From assembly GCF_022539665.2 (NCBI RefSeq), contig NC_081333.1:2914001-2978000 (forward strand): a stretch of 64,000 nt of DNA, given 5' to 3'. The notes under the pieces were generated by a model, which did no database searches, had not been told where the DNA came from, and worked only from the letters and a program-made list of their open reading frames with translations. The stretch comes from Daphnia carinata. Its lineage: Eukaryota. Positions 12,201 to 25,160 of the stretch are shown here, piece by piece (within the stretch, counting starts at the first letter, position 1; every line of letters begins with the position of its first letter). Both the position numbers and the translations under genes were made by a program.

Positions 12201-15200
12201 AATGAAATGGGATTCAGAGGGGCAACGACGAGAATACTAACTACACTTTAATCCAACAACAATCAATAATCAAGTTCCATCCAACACTAATGACACACAT
12301 GGTGGTATACTGAAGCCATGAGAAGTGGTACAGTGCCCATAATGCACCAAAAGCCAACAATAAAGTCACCACATTACATTAAAAATTGCATTGCACATCT
12401 TGTGTATATGTGAGGATTCTCCTAGGACTTCCGACTAATGATCAAGTTTTACCACCCAAAGTGTGCTGGCACTGGCTCTGCTTTAATTATATGAAGCGAA
12501 CTCGTGCAACTCATAGCTTATTCTGAACGTAACTATGACAGTACGTAAAACGTACGTTGCAACGAAAAGGGGCCCGTTGACAGGTGTCTCGTACGAAAAT
12601 ACAAAGCTCGGGTGATTGGGAACTGTGCCTGCTGCTATGCTACAACTTCACTACGGTAAGTAATCAATTCCATAGTTGAAGGAAACGATTCTCACATCCC
12701 ATCTGTGCTTTTTCGTATGTTTTATTTAAACTTGTTTACGAGATGTTGTTGCTGTAAGACCTGATTTTGAAAAAAAGAATATGGGACTAACAGGAGCAGT
12801 TCAGAGGAGGAAAACAAAACTATAGCAACAGCTCTAGTGGTCTAAAACGTTTACCGTCTTAAAGAAGGAAAGTTCATGACCATAAGCCGATCATCGAGGC
12901 AGATACGCCGTGCACGTCAATAACTAACGACAAACAACGAAATCGGAGGCATCGTGAATAAACAAATAAATCTCAATCTTTTAAAGAGTTGTAGAGAACA
13001 AAAATGGAGGGACGACTTGTGCAAGAGAAGAGGCTTCCCCTTTCATTGCATCATGCTTATGATTGCGTCACTTTATTTTGAAAAGAATTGATCCGAATCT
13101 TTTAAAACGGTGCAAGTTTAAGTCCTAAATTTACTTCCAATCGTGTCTTACTTTTATCTCGAAATTGTATTGACGTTATGTTTGCGTAGAAAGGTGATAT
13201 AATATTATGTGGATCATAAATGCAACTCTGGTTTTTTGTTTTTGGGGGTAGGGGGAAGTTTTCTAGAAAAGGGGCGTTTTCTGCCATTTCCCGCCAAACT
13301 GCACACAAAAAACCTTCTCGATATTTTCATTACCACTACCCAATTTCCTATTCTTAATGGATGTTCCAAGGTCTTTATTTTAGTGCGATAAATCGTCAGG
13401 AAATCAAAGATAGTTGAGAACTGGGTGTCGTGACACCTAGCATAGCAACCACAATGCAATTTTTTGGTGTGTTTCAACGTCTGTGAACTAGAACATTTCT
13501 TGCATATGCTGTTTGATTTGAAACTGTGGGACGTATGTGACTTTCGAAAATGAAATGGGTGTTCTCCAAGAGTGCAAATGAAGTTTTTCCAGTGTGTTTC
13601 ATCTGGGTAAGTTTTCATCTTGTTTTCATTTTATTGTCTGTGTTTCGAATAAATATTTTTGCTAATGTGGCCTGTTTGAGTCCAATTAATTTTCTATGTT
13701 TCCATAGTTTTGAAGAGAAATTTAATTTTCTATATGTTTATCTTTAGAAGAAAGGTTTTCCTTTGACAACCAGAGAGCACATTGACGACACCCTTCGTGA
13801 TGGCAAACTCGACAAAGTTGTAGCCAAGAGGCCGTGTAATTGGAAGTATTCCAGTAAATTCGTCTTTGCTTGCATCTAGGAAGACACCGTCACAAAAGGT
13901 AGGATTGTTTTGACGTATTATCCTTACTTTGCGAACAGCAATTAGCGACGGGTGTACTCCGTATTTTATTGCTATTACAGAACTCAGCTTTTGATATAGT
14001 TAATTTTGTCCACGGTCACGTCTTGACAGTGTGGTCTTTATTATGTTTTCCCTTGAAAGTCGAGTATGTCGAAAGTTTTGTTTTACTTTTTTGTTGTGCT
14101 TGTTTTACTGTGAGCGTCTTGTTTCTGGGAATGGCAAAGTAGGCAGGCATTGTTCAACAAGTTTGCGTACACATATCGATCACTTAGCAAGCTTGCAGAC
14201 GTTAACTGTTTTCGTGTTGCTGCCTTATTGATGTGAGGGTTTTTATTACAGCAATCGCGCAGAAAATTTTTGTAGTGAGAGGTTTTGAAATGCAGGATTT
14301 TGGGATATACATATTGCGGTGAGAATAGGTGAAAATTGAGTGCATCTTTGCTGGAAAGATTGGGAAGTGCCACTGCTTGCTTTGATGGTTTATTTTATGC
14401 ACCGTAACTAGATTCATGAATTTGTAACCATTTGCTTTTTTGGTTAAAAAAAAACTCCTAAATCTTGAATTTTTGTGCAGTCTTTAATGGCAAAGCTGCA
14501 TTTGAACTTGCTTGACATGATTCACTTAGCATCTTTATATGATTTAGTCTCGAAATAGAGAAATCTATTCTTTGAAAAATCGCCATGGTTTTATACTTGT
14601 ATTTTTTTTTTCCTTTGCTTCAAATTAATATGGCTGCGTGCATCTGGCATTGCACATTCTTTTTTAGTTCTGCTTTGACATTCCTCTGACTAGTGAACGA
14701 ACATACACAAAAAAAACCTATCTAAAAATAGAGCCCTTAATTTGCTTACTGCTATGGAAAAAAATGACGGGAATAATGGCTTTTCTATTGATTCGATAAC
14801 AACTTCCAGTTATGATTTTGAAGACGTAATCTTTCAAGCTTCTATTTTCGTACTTGGTCGTATTCCAAGAAAGTTTTCTTTTTCAAATGCCATGGATAGT
14901 AAATACAAGTCCACGATAAACGATCGTTTTGTAAGATCAAAAATTCGATAGTGACATGAATAATGGCGGTTGCCACAACAGCACTGCTGTCACTAGAACT
15001 AGCACTTTAAAAAACGCTCTTTCTCTCCATTTGATTCGATTTAATCCAGAATTATACCACTACATCGGAAAATTCGGGGATGGAATTTCACAGGGCGTCT
15101 TTTTACTACCGAATGGGGATGACGTTTCATTCATCACCATGGCACACAGCGATCGAGTTTGTATTTTTGAACGAATTATTTTTTATGGGATTTATCTTTT

Positions 15201-17044
15201 AAGGAGACAAATAGAAAGTACTATACCGTTCGCTGGCCAAGGCTGTAAGCCTTACAGGGAAGTAAAGCTGTGTCACCCTGTAAGACGGTCATGTGATTGG
15301 TCGTGCCATTCTCGATGGTTTCTGGAAGGAGCTCTTCCAGCTCTACAGCAACTCCGCTGGACGTTAATGAAGCTGCCAACATACGTAGCTTAGCAGTTCC
15401 GGCTGCTACGACGTCTGGATTGTTAGCGGCTACGTCAGCTTCTGCGTAATCAAAACATGTTTTGAATCCCACAGCATGTTGGCTAGCTATTCTAGAACTT
15501 GGCTCTTTATTTTACACGGAAGCTAGGAGAACGGACTCGTCCCATTGTGGCGATAGAATATGGAAGCGCATCGTTGACTGTTAATGATGCTGGATTTTTT
15601 TTTTTTTTTAAACCATTACTAGTTAACAGAATGGCTCGTCCCTTTGGTCCCTTTTTGCTTTGTTATATTGTTATCTTGTCGACGCTATCATTGTTGTTAA
15701 TCGGAATGATAGAGTCGGGGACTTTGCTGATACGTAACAATATGGTCGATTGATTTATATTTTCTTATTTTCTTCTCCGACTTGCGCATTCCATCATTTA
15801 AATAGGACATGTTCCTTATACTTTGTTTCCGGACGGAGGGATAATGGTTGTTTTGTTTGCGTGTTTACTGCCATCCCCGTTTTGTTTACATTGCGGAACG
15901 AATATCTAAAGCGATCGTTAAATGGACTAATCCCGCAAGTATTCTTTTTTTTTTTGTGAAGGATAGCGGAGAATGAGAAACATGCCAATGAGTAAGGATC
16001 TCTGTTTATCGGAATTATTCATGCTTGAGTGGCGCTTGTTGATTATTTGGCGTTGGATCTAGAGCAGTAGACGGCGATCGCATATTCACGAAGCAGCTGA
16101 TGAAAGCATCGATCTTTCTTTGAAAACAGCTTTGTCTGTATGAACTTTTGCTAGTTCTTGTGCTCCGTAAAGATCAAAAGCGCGAAATACTAGCAGCAGA
16201 TTGATTGACAGAACAGTTTAAATGAATTGGTATTAATTTCAATGTTTGACTTACGCTGTACTGATTTCCGACATAGCGTTTTCTATTTGAACTTGGTGGT
16301 GGGAAGTAGTTGGTGTTTTTATTATATTTGTCACAATTTCGTTTAATGGGAATGTCTTTAAGCTGATTGGCTCTTTTTTAATGATGTGCAACATCAGCCA
16401 GTTTAATCTGCTATAATCAGCAATTTTATAGCATTTGAGCTGTACTGCTATCTACAAAAACGCTTTTCTACGTCGCTTAAAGAATTCATTGACGTCTTAA
16501 ATGTTTCGTATTAAATTTAAATGTTTGCTGTGTTTGCAAACAAGACTTTTATGTACGTCATTCAAGATATTGTAGGTAGTGGTGAACACTATCGAATGAT
16601 TTAACGCATCCGAAAATGTCCCCCTGCTCTGCTATTGACGGCACGATCCATCACGTGGGGCGGGAAGTTCAAACATTTCGAATGCTGCGCTTTAGAGTCT
16701 AGTGGCACGATGTCCAAACATTTAGTCCCTGCCTTTGTTGTTGAAAACGCTTTGCCATCTTCCCTTTTCCTTTAAAAATCCAACTTGTCGATTGAAATCG
16801 TTTAGATATTGATTTTGACGTTTTCAAAATAGAAATCAAATAGGAACTCAAATAGCGGTGCGGAAAAATATTTGAAATTTGTTGTATTGGATCGTAAATT
16901 TTTTTCGATTAAAGGTCGGGTTAATGGTAGGTTTTTATTACCTATCGATGATGTGAAGGTTGAATCGCCAACAGCTGAAATATGCGTCATCATGCCGGCC
17001 AGGAAAATGGCGAAGTTGCGAACCAGTATATTACAACCAATCAT
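9251..17044 (-). CDS. Dpr-like (defective proboscis extension response / zig-8-like) two-Ig cell-surface protein, copy A, probably GPI-anchored
   Basis: Six coding exons with compatible phases: 17044-16942 (signal peptide), 15441-15227 (...TVLQGDTALLPCKAYSLGQRT), 12185-12024 (VSWIRRRDWHIMSSG...DSGTYECQ, a Dpr Ig1 signature), 11510-11283, 11221-10966 (Ig2, DSGNYTC) and 9366-9251 (GDRPAAVQ...hydrophobic tail, TGA). Confidence 0.88.
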
Positions 17045-20000
17045 TTTGTTGAAATCGATACGTGCGAGTTGTGATTCACCCTTGTCCTAAGAGAAAAAAA
17101 GAGATTTGATACAAGAGAAATCGGGGCGAAACGAGCAGAAGGGAGGGGGCGTGTTAGGCAAGCAGACATTTAATGGATGATAATTAGATTAACATAGGTT
17201 ATCACTTCTTGCATTTTTCCATCTTTTGCTCGCTTCGAATCGCATATCTAGGGCATTATTCATTTCCATCTACTAACCAATCTTTTTGTAACTGACTTTG
17301 TATCTCGTATGTTCAGTAGTTAACAATCTTTGAATATTTAATAGGAGTGTATTGGGGGGGACTATTTCCACTGTCTTTGGATATTTCATTCTAATGGAGT
17401 CGTGCTAGCCGGGGTTGGAACGAATAAATTACGTCTCGAACTTGTCACAGCTTTCGAGACAATGAACGTGTCATGAGAATGTTTTTAGTTTTATTTGAAA
17501 GATTCCGAGCCAAAAAAAAAAAAGATAAAAAGAAAAAGAAATGTTGTTGGTCTATTCAGTGTCACGTTGGGGTCCCATTAGTTCGACCCTGTGAACCTCC
17601 AACAGTCACAAAACATTTATTTTTATTTTTGTCGTCTTATTATCCTTGGGGCATTGGATTCACCGATGGCACTCGGCCATCGTAACTCGGATGTTTTGGC
17701 TGCTTTACGTGCTTTTTTTTTACGTGTTATGACGTTCAACTTGATTCTGGACTAATATCGACAAGCGTCTCGCACCGGCAGTTTTTATTGCTAGCGCGGG
17801 CCAAAAGAATAAAACAGCTACTGTTATTTTGTGTCAGCACTTGTTCTATTTTTCAAGCGTCCGGCTCGATAATGAATAGAAAACAATGTCTTAACCATTT
17901 GCAGCTCTTGTTTTCAAAGGTTAAGTCAAACGCTTTTTGTTTGCAATACCATCGTAGATGAGATCCTCCTCAAATTCGATTTATTTCTCTATACATTTAA
18001 GGACATACATACACACATGCACATACATTAGCTTTAACTGTTTTACCCTCATTTTGAAGAGGTAGGCCACTTTGCTTTTAATTCCAATTAAGAAATGGAG
18101 GTGTTTTCTGAAGATTGCAAAAAAATGGCACATGTTTAACTTGTCTGGTTATCGCTGTGTAATTCTCACGTTTACTTGAGACTGTCTACTGTCGAGAAAA
18201 TGTGAGATATGCTTGCGGCCTGTAGTACCATTGGAGTAAACTCAATTTCGCACAGCAAGTTGAGCGAAATTGGACAGCTACCATTTATCCATGCACTGCA
18301 GGGTGCAATCTATCATCTCTCTTTTCACAGGCGTAACTGCAGCGATGGGGCATATTTAATGTTCTTTTCGAGCTAAAGAAACTGTCACGTCCATTGGCCA
18401 TGCAAGTTCTCGCGGACGGATTCATTCTATCGATCATTTTGGTGGATCTCGCGACATTTTTTTACTTTGACCGTGGGGGTAGTATTTCACTCACGCCGGG
18501 ACTGAAATACATCTATTGATAGAGACTGGATTCTTCGCCGAACGGATGTGTAAGCAAACGAAATTGAATAGCCTGGTGGAGCATAAAGACACCATTTTAT
18601 CGTCGTATTATGATGGTGAATTGAGAGGCTTTTAGATTTTTAAAAATATCTTTCATCGAACGACGTGCGTCATGTTACACAGACGCATTGGCTACGATGG
18701 TTCGAGTTTCGTATTTGTCGCAATTTGCACTTGATGTTGGCACAAACTCCTGTACACTTTTGCCTTTTTTGTTTATCTTTCATTTTATTACTTTTTATTC
18801 TGGGTAGTTTCTGTTTTTCTATTGATTTGCCTTTCAATGCCACTGCGAAATATCGTGTGGGATGAGCAATGAAAACGTTTTCTTATGCCGTAATACGATG
18901 ACGTTCAGACGACCTTTGCTAAACCTTGCCACTTTCACTTTTAAAAAATAAACAACGTTTTAAATGCAACCGCCGTGAAGGACATGAGAATCTGTAGTCG
19001 GAAGCCGATCAATGAAGAGTGCTTGCGAAAGATGCGGTGACGTCATTTTAAGCTGTTTCTTTAACAAAGCGAAGCGCTATAGTAGCACAGCGAATACGCA
19101 CATGGCTAATACGAGAGCTGACTTTATGCATTTGAAGTTTCAATATTTCTACATGTTTAAAGATCAATTTAGTAGCAAGTTGTAAAATGGTTCTTAATTA
19201 CACGTCGGAGTTGTTAACGTTTTTACGCCTGAAAAAGTAGATTGCGAGAATTAAACCTGCGTTGCCACTTTGTCTACTCCTGAATAAAATGTTATTTACT
19301 TTTACGGCTCTTTAAAATTGGATTCTTGGTTTGCGAAAGGACCAGTTTTATTTTGTTTCTCTATTGAAGGAAAAGAAAATTATAAATGACCTGAAATTGT
19401 ATTTTGTAGACTTTAACTTTGGTTTGTTTTGAAGACTTCGTTTATCTTTTTCTTTTCTGTTTTTTTTTTTTTTTTTAACAAGATCTTTGTGTTTCTGGCT
19501 CTAGCGGTCTAACAATTAATCTAATGAGCTGTTTCTTTACTCATTTGGCCTTGTTCTTTATGTTCGTTGGCGGAAGCAAAGCCAAAAGTAGAAGATGCGC
19601 GGCATGTGCAGTACTACTCGTCAACCCCCACTTGTCCTTTTTAAATATTTTTTTTTTCAGCTGATTTCCTCTAAGAAAAACCCGCGTCGATCGTACATCT
19701 AAACTAGGTCGTTGCAAAAATTTAATATTGTTTTTTCATTCGTTTTCTTTGTGCGTGTTACCCAAACTGTGTAGGAACAGACGTAGGCGATGACAACATG
19801 GACGTCCCTTTGTTGCCATCCGAATGTTTCATAACGATTTTTTACACAAGTTTCAAACAAAGAAACAAAATGGCAATCTATTGTTATGTCTTCTTCTAGA
19901 ACGAAACTGGCTGTGCTTTTTTCTCATTTATTGTAGCCTTATTTCTTCGTTCTTTTGCGGTTTCCGATGGCGATAACAAACTTTTATCCTGTTATGTCAC

Positions 20001-21950
20001 GTTGCTTTACCGACACCCGTTTTTTTACTAGGTTAAACTAGACGAAGAGCGTCATAGCTCTTGATGATGGCAGTTGGTCTTTGTCTTCCAAGCCAAACGG
20101 GCCGTAAAAATGGAAATAAAAATGGCGATTTCCTATTTTGTTACCGAAATCTTTTGAGTTAGGAAATTAAAAGACGAGATGGGGTTGACCAAGATACTTT
20201 CTTTTTTAGTGCAATGGTCACTCGGTTAAAGGCAATAGTAAATCCCAGATATCATTAAAAAACAAGACGCTAAAGGTACGCCAGAACGAGGATTATGCGC
20301 CATCCTAGAGATCCATTAAATGATAAAGCTTTTTTCTTGTGTTTTTCTATTTTGTTATGCTCAAAAGCTGTGTGTAATTTAAAGCAATTTATGCGGATGG
20401 AAAAAAACAGAATAGAGCCCTTATCCCTTATGGATCCACCTACGATGGATTTAAATGCTGCTTTATCCGGGATTGCTGTTAAGGTGGCACTTTACCAGTA
20501 AATTGTTTTTGTTTTCTAAAATTCGTTTTGAGGTGGAAACAGTTCCCCTTCTAAAATGGAGAGATTAAATTCGTAGTTATTTCTGCAAATGTGTTTTACG
20601 CCATCGTTTAGCTATCATTCACATTTTTGAAACGGGAATAATTGCTATTCTTTCGTTTTTTTTTACATCGGTATTGCTATACGTTTTGGTATGTGATGCA
20701 TATGGCATTTTTACGCTCGAGCGTGTGTTTGCTGTTCATTTCTGAGAATCGTGCTTTCGAAGATGGACAACAAGTAAAGAGGTTAAAGCCTCTTCAATAG
20801 TATAAGCCATGACTTTAAAATGCATGGATAGATGACGTCCGATGTTTGTCCATCTTTCGGGCAACTCTTTACCAATAGAAAACGGATTTTCTCTCGCATT
20901 TTTCTTTTTCAAGAGAAACGAAAACGAAATGTGAATTTAACAAACAAAAGGAGGGGGGAGGAAGTAAGGGATTTATGTTGTCACAAACTTTGTGAAACGA
21001 TAGGAAAGATATACAGTTTTTGAAACTTTTTTTTTTAAAGATTGCTTTCATGATCCCTACTATCCTTTTTTCCGTGAAGGATTGTTGCGATGGATCAAAT
21101 TTCAACTTTTATGCATTTTTGAATACAACAAGACAGGCATGTGTTTGGTTGGTTGAGCAGCAGGACCACGCGATCCAACAGCGGTAGTTGTCGCATATCG
21201 AAATTGAATCTCCGTATTGATCCCTCTTTAATTTGTTACACCCTATGTAAAGTCCTATACCAACCTCCTTTTCTTTTTCATCCTGATGCATCGTCTATTT
21301 CAATCGCAGCAAGTGAACGATGTCAGCTGTCCCTTCCCCCTTTTTTTGTTTTGCCCGCTTTTCCATTTAATTTCGACTTCATCTCACACCAACTACGCAA
21401 ACCGAAATAATTTGAAAACAAAACAAAAAAAAAAAAGAAAAGATTAAAGGTCAATGTCTTGACTATTGTTGTCCATGCGTTTCTTATGTCCACAACATCC
21501 GGTGCGGGACGTCAACGCGTGTCGGCAGCCACAACTCATCACGCATAAACTTCATTAGCTTCCCGGCCGGCTGTTGTGGATGGCGTGGGGGGATAGCTGT
21601 CATCAGCGATGAGTAAGCGTATGAAGCTGTTGAGGGCAACGCGACGATGAGCACAACCGGTCGGCAAAGATTAACATGCAGAAGACGTGAAATGACAGCA
21701 AGAAGCCAAGGAAAATGAAAGATTTTTTCCTTGTTTTATTTCCATCTCATCTGACCCAATTGCTCTTGGTCTACGGGTCTCTCTGGAAATTTGGCGCACA
21801 TTGAAGACGTGGTCAAGCGTACCAACATTCCTTAAAAAAGAACAGCGAGTCCCGCGTGAAGAAAAAAAGGTCGTTTTTTACGCCCCGTTTCTTATGGATT
21901 TGGAATAGTTAGTCTTTGTCTGCAGCTGAATAATACAGTGGGGCACCGTC

Positions 21951-21968
21951 TGTGTGTGTGTGTGTGTG
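21951..21968. repeat. (TG)9 microsatellite
   Basis: Seen directly. Confidence 0.85.
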
Positions 21969-24900
21969 GTTTGTGTGACTGGTTGCCTGCCGTAAGTGTT
22001 TTCATTCCACGACTTGTCTAGGTGAAAAATGGGGCGTGATAACGGGATGGATGACGTTGCTCGTCCTACACTGAATGCGAAAAGAGAACTGAATCATGGA
22101 TCCAATGATTATTATTTTCTATTTCGGGAAAGAGGATATCTTACGATCCTTGCATTTTATGTTACACACCCTCTGGGGGGGGGGGCGTAAGATTATTACG
22201 GACGATGCCTTTGCTTAATAATTTTTTTTTTTTTTTTTCTTACTCATTTTCTGGTTCTGTGGTGATAGGATTTGCTTGAGGGCGGGTTATTTAATATGAT
22301 ATGAGCCAGTTTCGTTTCTCTTTTCCTTGTTCCATGGATGTTGGGGGTATTGTTCTATAGGAACTGGCTTTGACATTTGAGCAGCAACGTCGTTCTCGTT
22401 TATGACATTGTTACTTTGCTCGGTTCCTGTGTCAATACACAGTAGCTCCGTTATCTGTCACCGAGACAAGATTAAGCGTTTGCTAGACGATCAAATAGTA
22501 AGACTACTCTGTACTATACAATAGCTCACTTGGGAGCAAAACAAAAATGGACTTCCCTCTCGCATTTTATTCGTTCAAAAATGAGTGGATTAGGACTAGA
22601 TAAGGAAGAATTCAGTTTTGGGAAAGGCCAACGTGTTTACATTTAAAACGAGCAAGTTGAATGGCACTCGTGAGGGATGGCAAAACGGCCACGTAAACAC
22701 GGGGCCGTTGCTTGGAAACCTCAAATTGAGGCAGATCGACGTGTGATGGAAGGACATGCGCCACTCATAAAAATTAACACGTCATACATTTTTTTTTTCA
22801 CGCTATTTAGCCATTCAAGTCTCTTTCTGTCCAGCATTTTTTTTTTCTCTTTCCTCTAGAGTCAGTTCTCGTGAATTGCAGATCCCGGAAAGTCTCGGGA
22901 CATGGTTCTACGATGGATCTTTTTTACCAATTTTTTTTTATTCGACTTGCGGATTACGACTCGCTTCATCGTTTGTGGTTGGAATAGGAACTTTTATTCC
23001 GACCGAATCGGTACAGGATTGGCTTCTCTCATGTATAGATAGCAATGAGGCAAGATTTGTTTGCATCAGCCCATGTGTACATTTAGGCCCTTCCGGCCTT
23101 CTGTTTCTTGATTGGGTCTCTAATAGTTACAACCATCTTGTTTAGCTATTAATTAACGAGTAGGGGACTTCTTATTTCTTTCTTTTCTATTGCAATATTT
23201 TGTCTTGACATTTTGAGCCCCCAAAATTTTTAAGCGAAAGAAGATGAAATAACAATTAATTACATTTGATCTTGTTCATGTAATCAATGCGCATTAAAGT
23301 GGCTCTCGTTTGCGATAAAGGGATTCCTTTGGATTCGTTCATCTCCCCATCGCAATAGTATCTATGTTTTGACCGGATAGGGCTTGCCTATATGGTGGCC
23401 CTAGATTTACGTCAGGGATTTACGGCAGCGCTGTGCCACCGGAGCTGGAGAAGAATTGATATGAAACGCACCAGCAGCCTCGTTTCGTATAGGCGTCGAG
23501 GGAAAAGCTGCTGAGGTACAAAAGGGAACACCCCAACAAAAAAAAAAAAAGAAAATCATTCGCTACTAAGAGGAAAATGAAGATGTTATCGCGTGGGTTC
23601 CCAACGAACCAATCAATACAGTCAGAGAGTTTGTCTATGTCTTCTTGTCATCAAATATTTTGATAGCGATTCACTTGAAACGTAAATTGAGAAACAATTT
23701 GGGTAAAATCAATTTGTTTTAAATCGTACGTACGGTGACTATTAATTTAATTTGTTGGGATATTTTTACTATTAGCGTTTCCGTGCAAACAAAGGTGCCC
23801 TCCTAATGTAATTCGCTTCTAATCCTCTCAGTTGGCAAACATCTTTAAGTTACTGTAAAGTTCTCGTTGCCTATCCTGTTTATCTGAATAAGCCTCTTAA
23901 TGGACCAATTGAGAAATGAGGCTGCGTTGCAAGCTTTACAACAAAAGCCGATTATTGAATTTTTATGGGTAAAATGCCATTTGTTCCATGTGAGGTGCGT
24001 CCCTCTTCATGCCGATTTTCCTTTTTAAAAAATTTATGTATGGAGCATGAAAGTATCATGTTTTAGTAGATCAACATGTCGAAATGCATCATCTCGAATC
24101 TATTGGGTTAACGCGATCGACCTATCAAAGCGGGGGTGGTACGATAAGGTAAAGCAAACGCAATGGTTCGTGCAGTTCATTTTCCGTTTGGCTGAAAATT
24201 ATACAGCAACCTTGTATTGTTGTCTACAATTTTTTTTTTTTTTTTAAACTTTATTTATTTTGCCTTTTGAATTATCACTTAGTGAGGGCTGTTTGAAGTC
24301 AATGCAGCAAAAGCCTCACTTATTATTTCAAATAACAAAATCTACTGTGCACGATTGAGTGAACATCAAACAGATTATGATTTCATTGCTCTTAAATGTT
24401 CAATAGATGTGCAACTGTAAATTCTAGGCCTTCATTAGCTATTAACTGGATCTAAAAATGTGAGTTGTATCCTCTTTTACATTGTACCCATTATGTTTAA
24501 ATAACGGGCACCACTAACTTCAGTCTCGGTTTTCCATTTAAGTATTTCGTAAGTTGTTCATCGTGAGAATTTCACACGCTCAGCCACGGACAGATAGGTC
24601 ACGCCCGCTGACAAAAGAAACACATTTCTCATTTTTTGTTGTTACCTTTCCAATGCTGAAAAGCTGTTCCTTTTCAATACTGTAAAAACAAATGTCGGAC
24701 ACGCAGCACCTCACGTTGTTGTCTGACTATTTGAAGTTCCGTTCAACTTCCAACTTAGCAAGAACACGTATAAACGAGTTATTCATATTTCTGTTTGCAT
24801 TTGTGCGCACTTGAAAACGGGGAATGATATTGACATGATGGTTACACACCATGCGTCATTAAGGAACTCTTTTTTTAAAATTGTTAAACAGTTCTTTTCC

Positions 24901-25120
24901 TTCCTGTTTATCCAGCGATTTTCATCTGCTTCACTGTCGATGATGCGCTCACTTTAAAGCCAATCATGTTTTAATGGCTGTTTGTAACTAGAAGCAAATA
25001 GGGCGACATCTTTTGGCTTGAGAAAAGGTGTCAGTGTTACCTAAGATTGATAACTAAACACAATACGCAAGATGGAATGACGTGTAAAAACTGGCTGTCG
25101 GTTTCGAATCGAGTCACGAA

Positions 25121-25160
25121 CGCTGACTGAAATGCATAGGCTGTCACAAACAGTGTCGGT
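25121..25160 (-). promoter_or_regulatory. Putative core promoter/Initiator of Dpr-like copy A (TCAGTC; +1 about 25128)
   Basis: Minus-strand TCAGTC matches the arthropod Inr TCAKTY. The block GACTGAAATGCAYAGGCYGTC recurs at 52702 upstream of copy B. Candidate donors at 25040 and 24645; non-coding acceptor at 17087. Confidence 0.5.

Noticed and set aside
12293..12465. CpG-poor segment with imperfect inverted ends (cacacatggtggta / taccacccaaagtgtg), possible MITE
   Set aside because: TIR is imperfect, there is no target-site duplication, and there is no second copy in the window.
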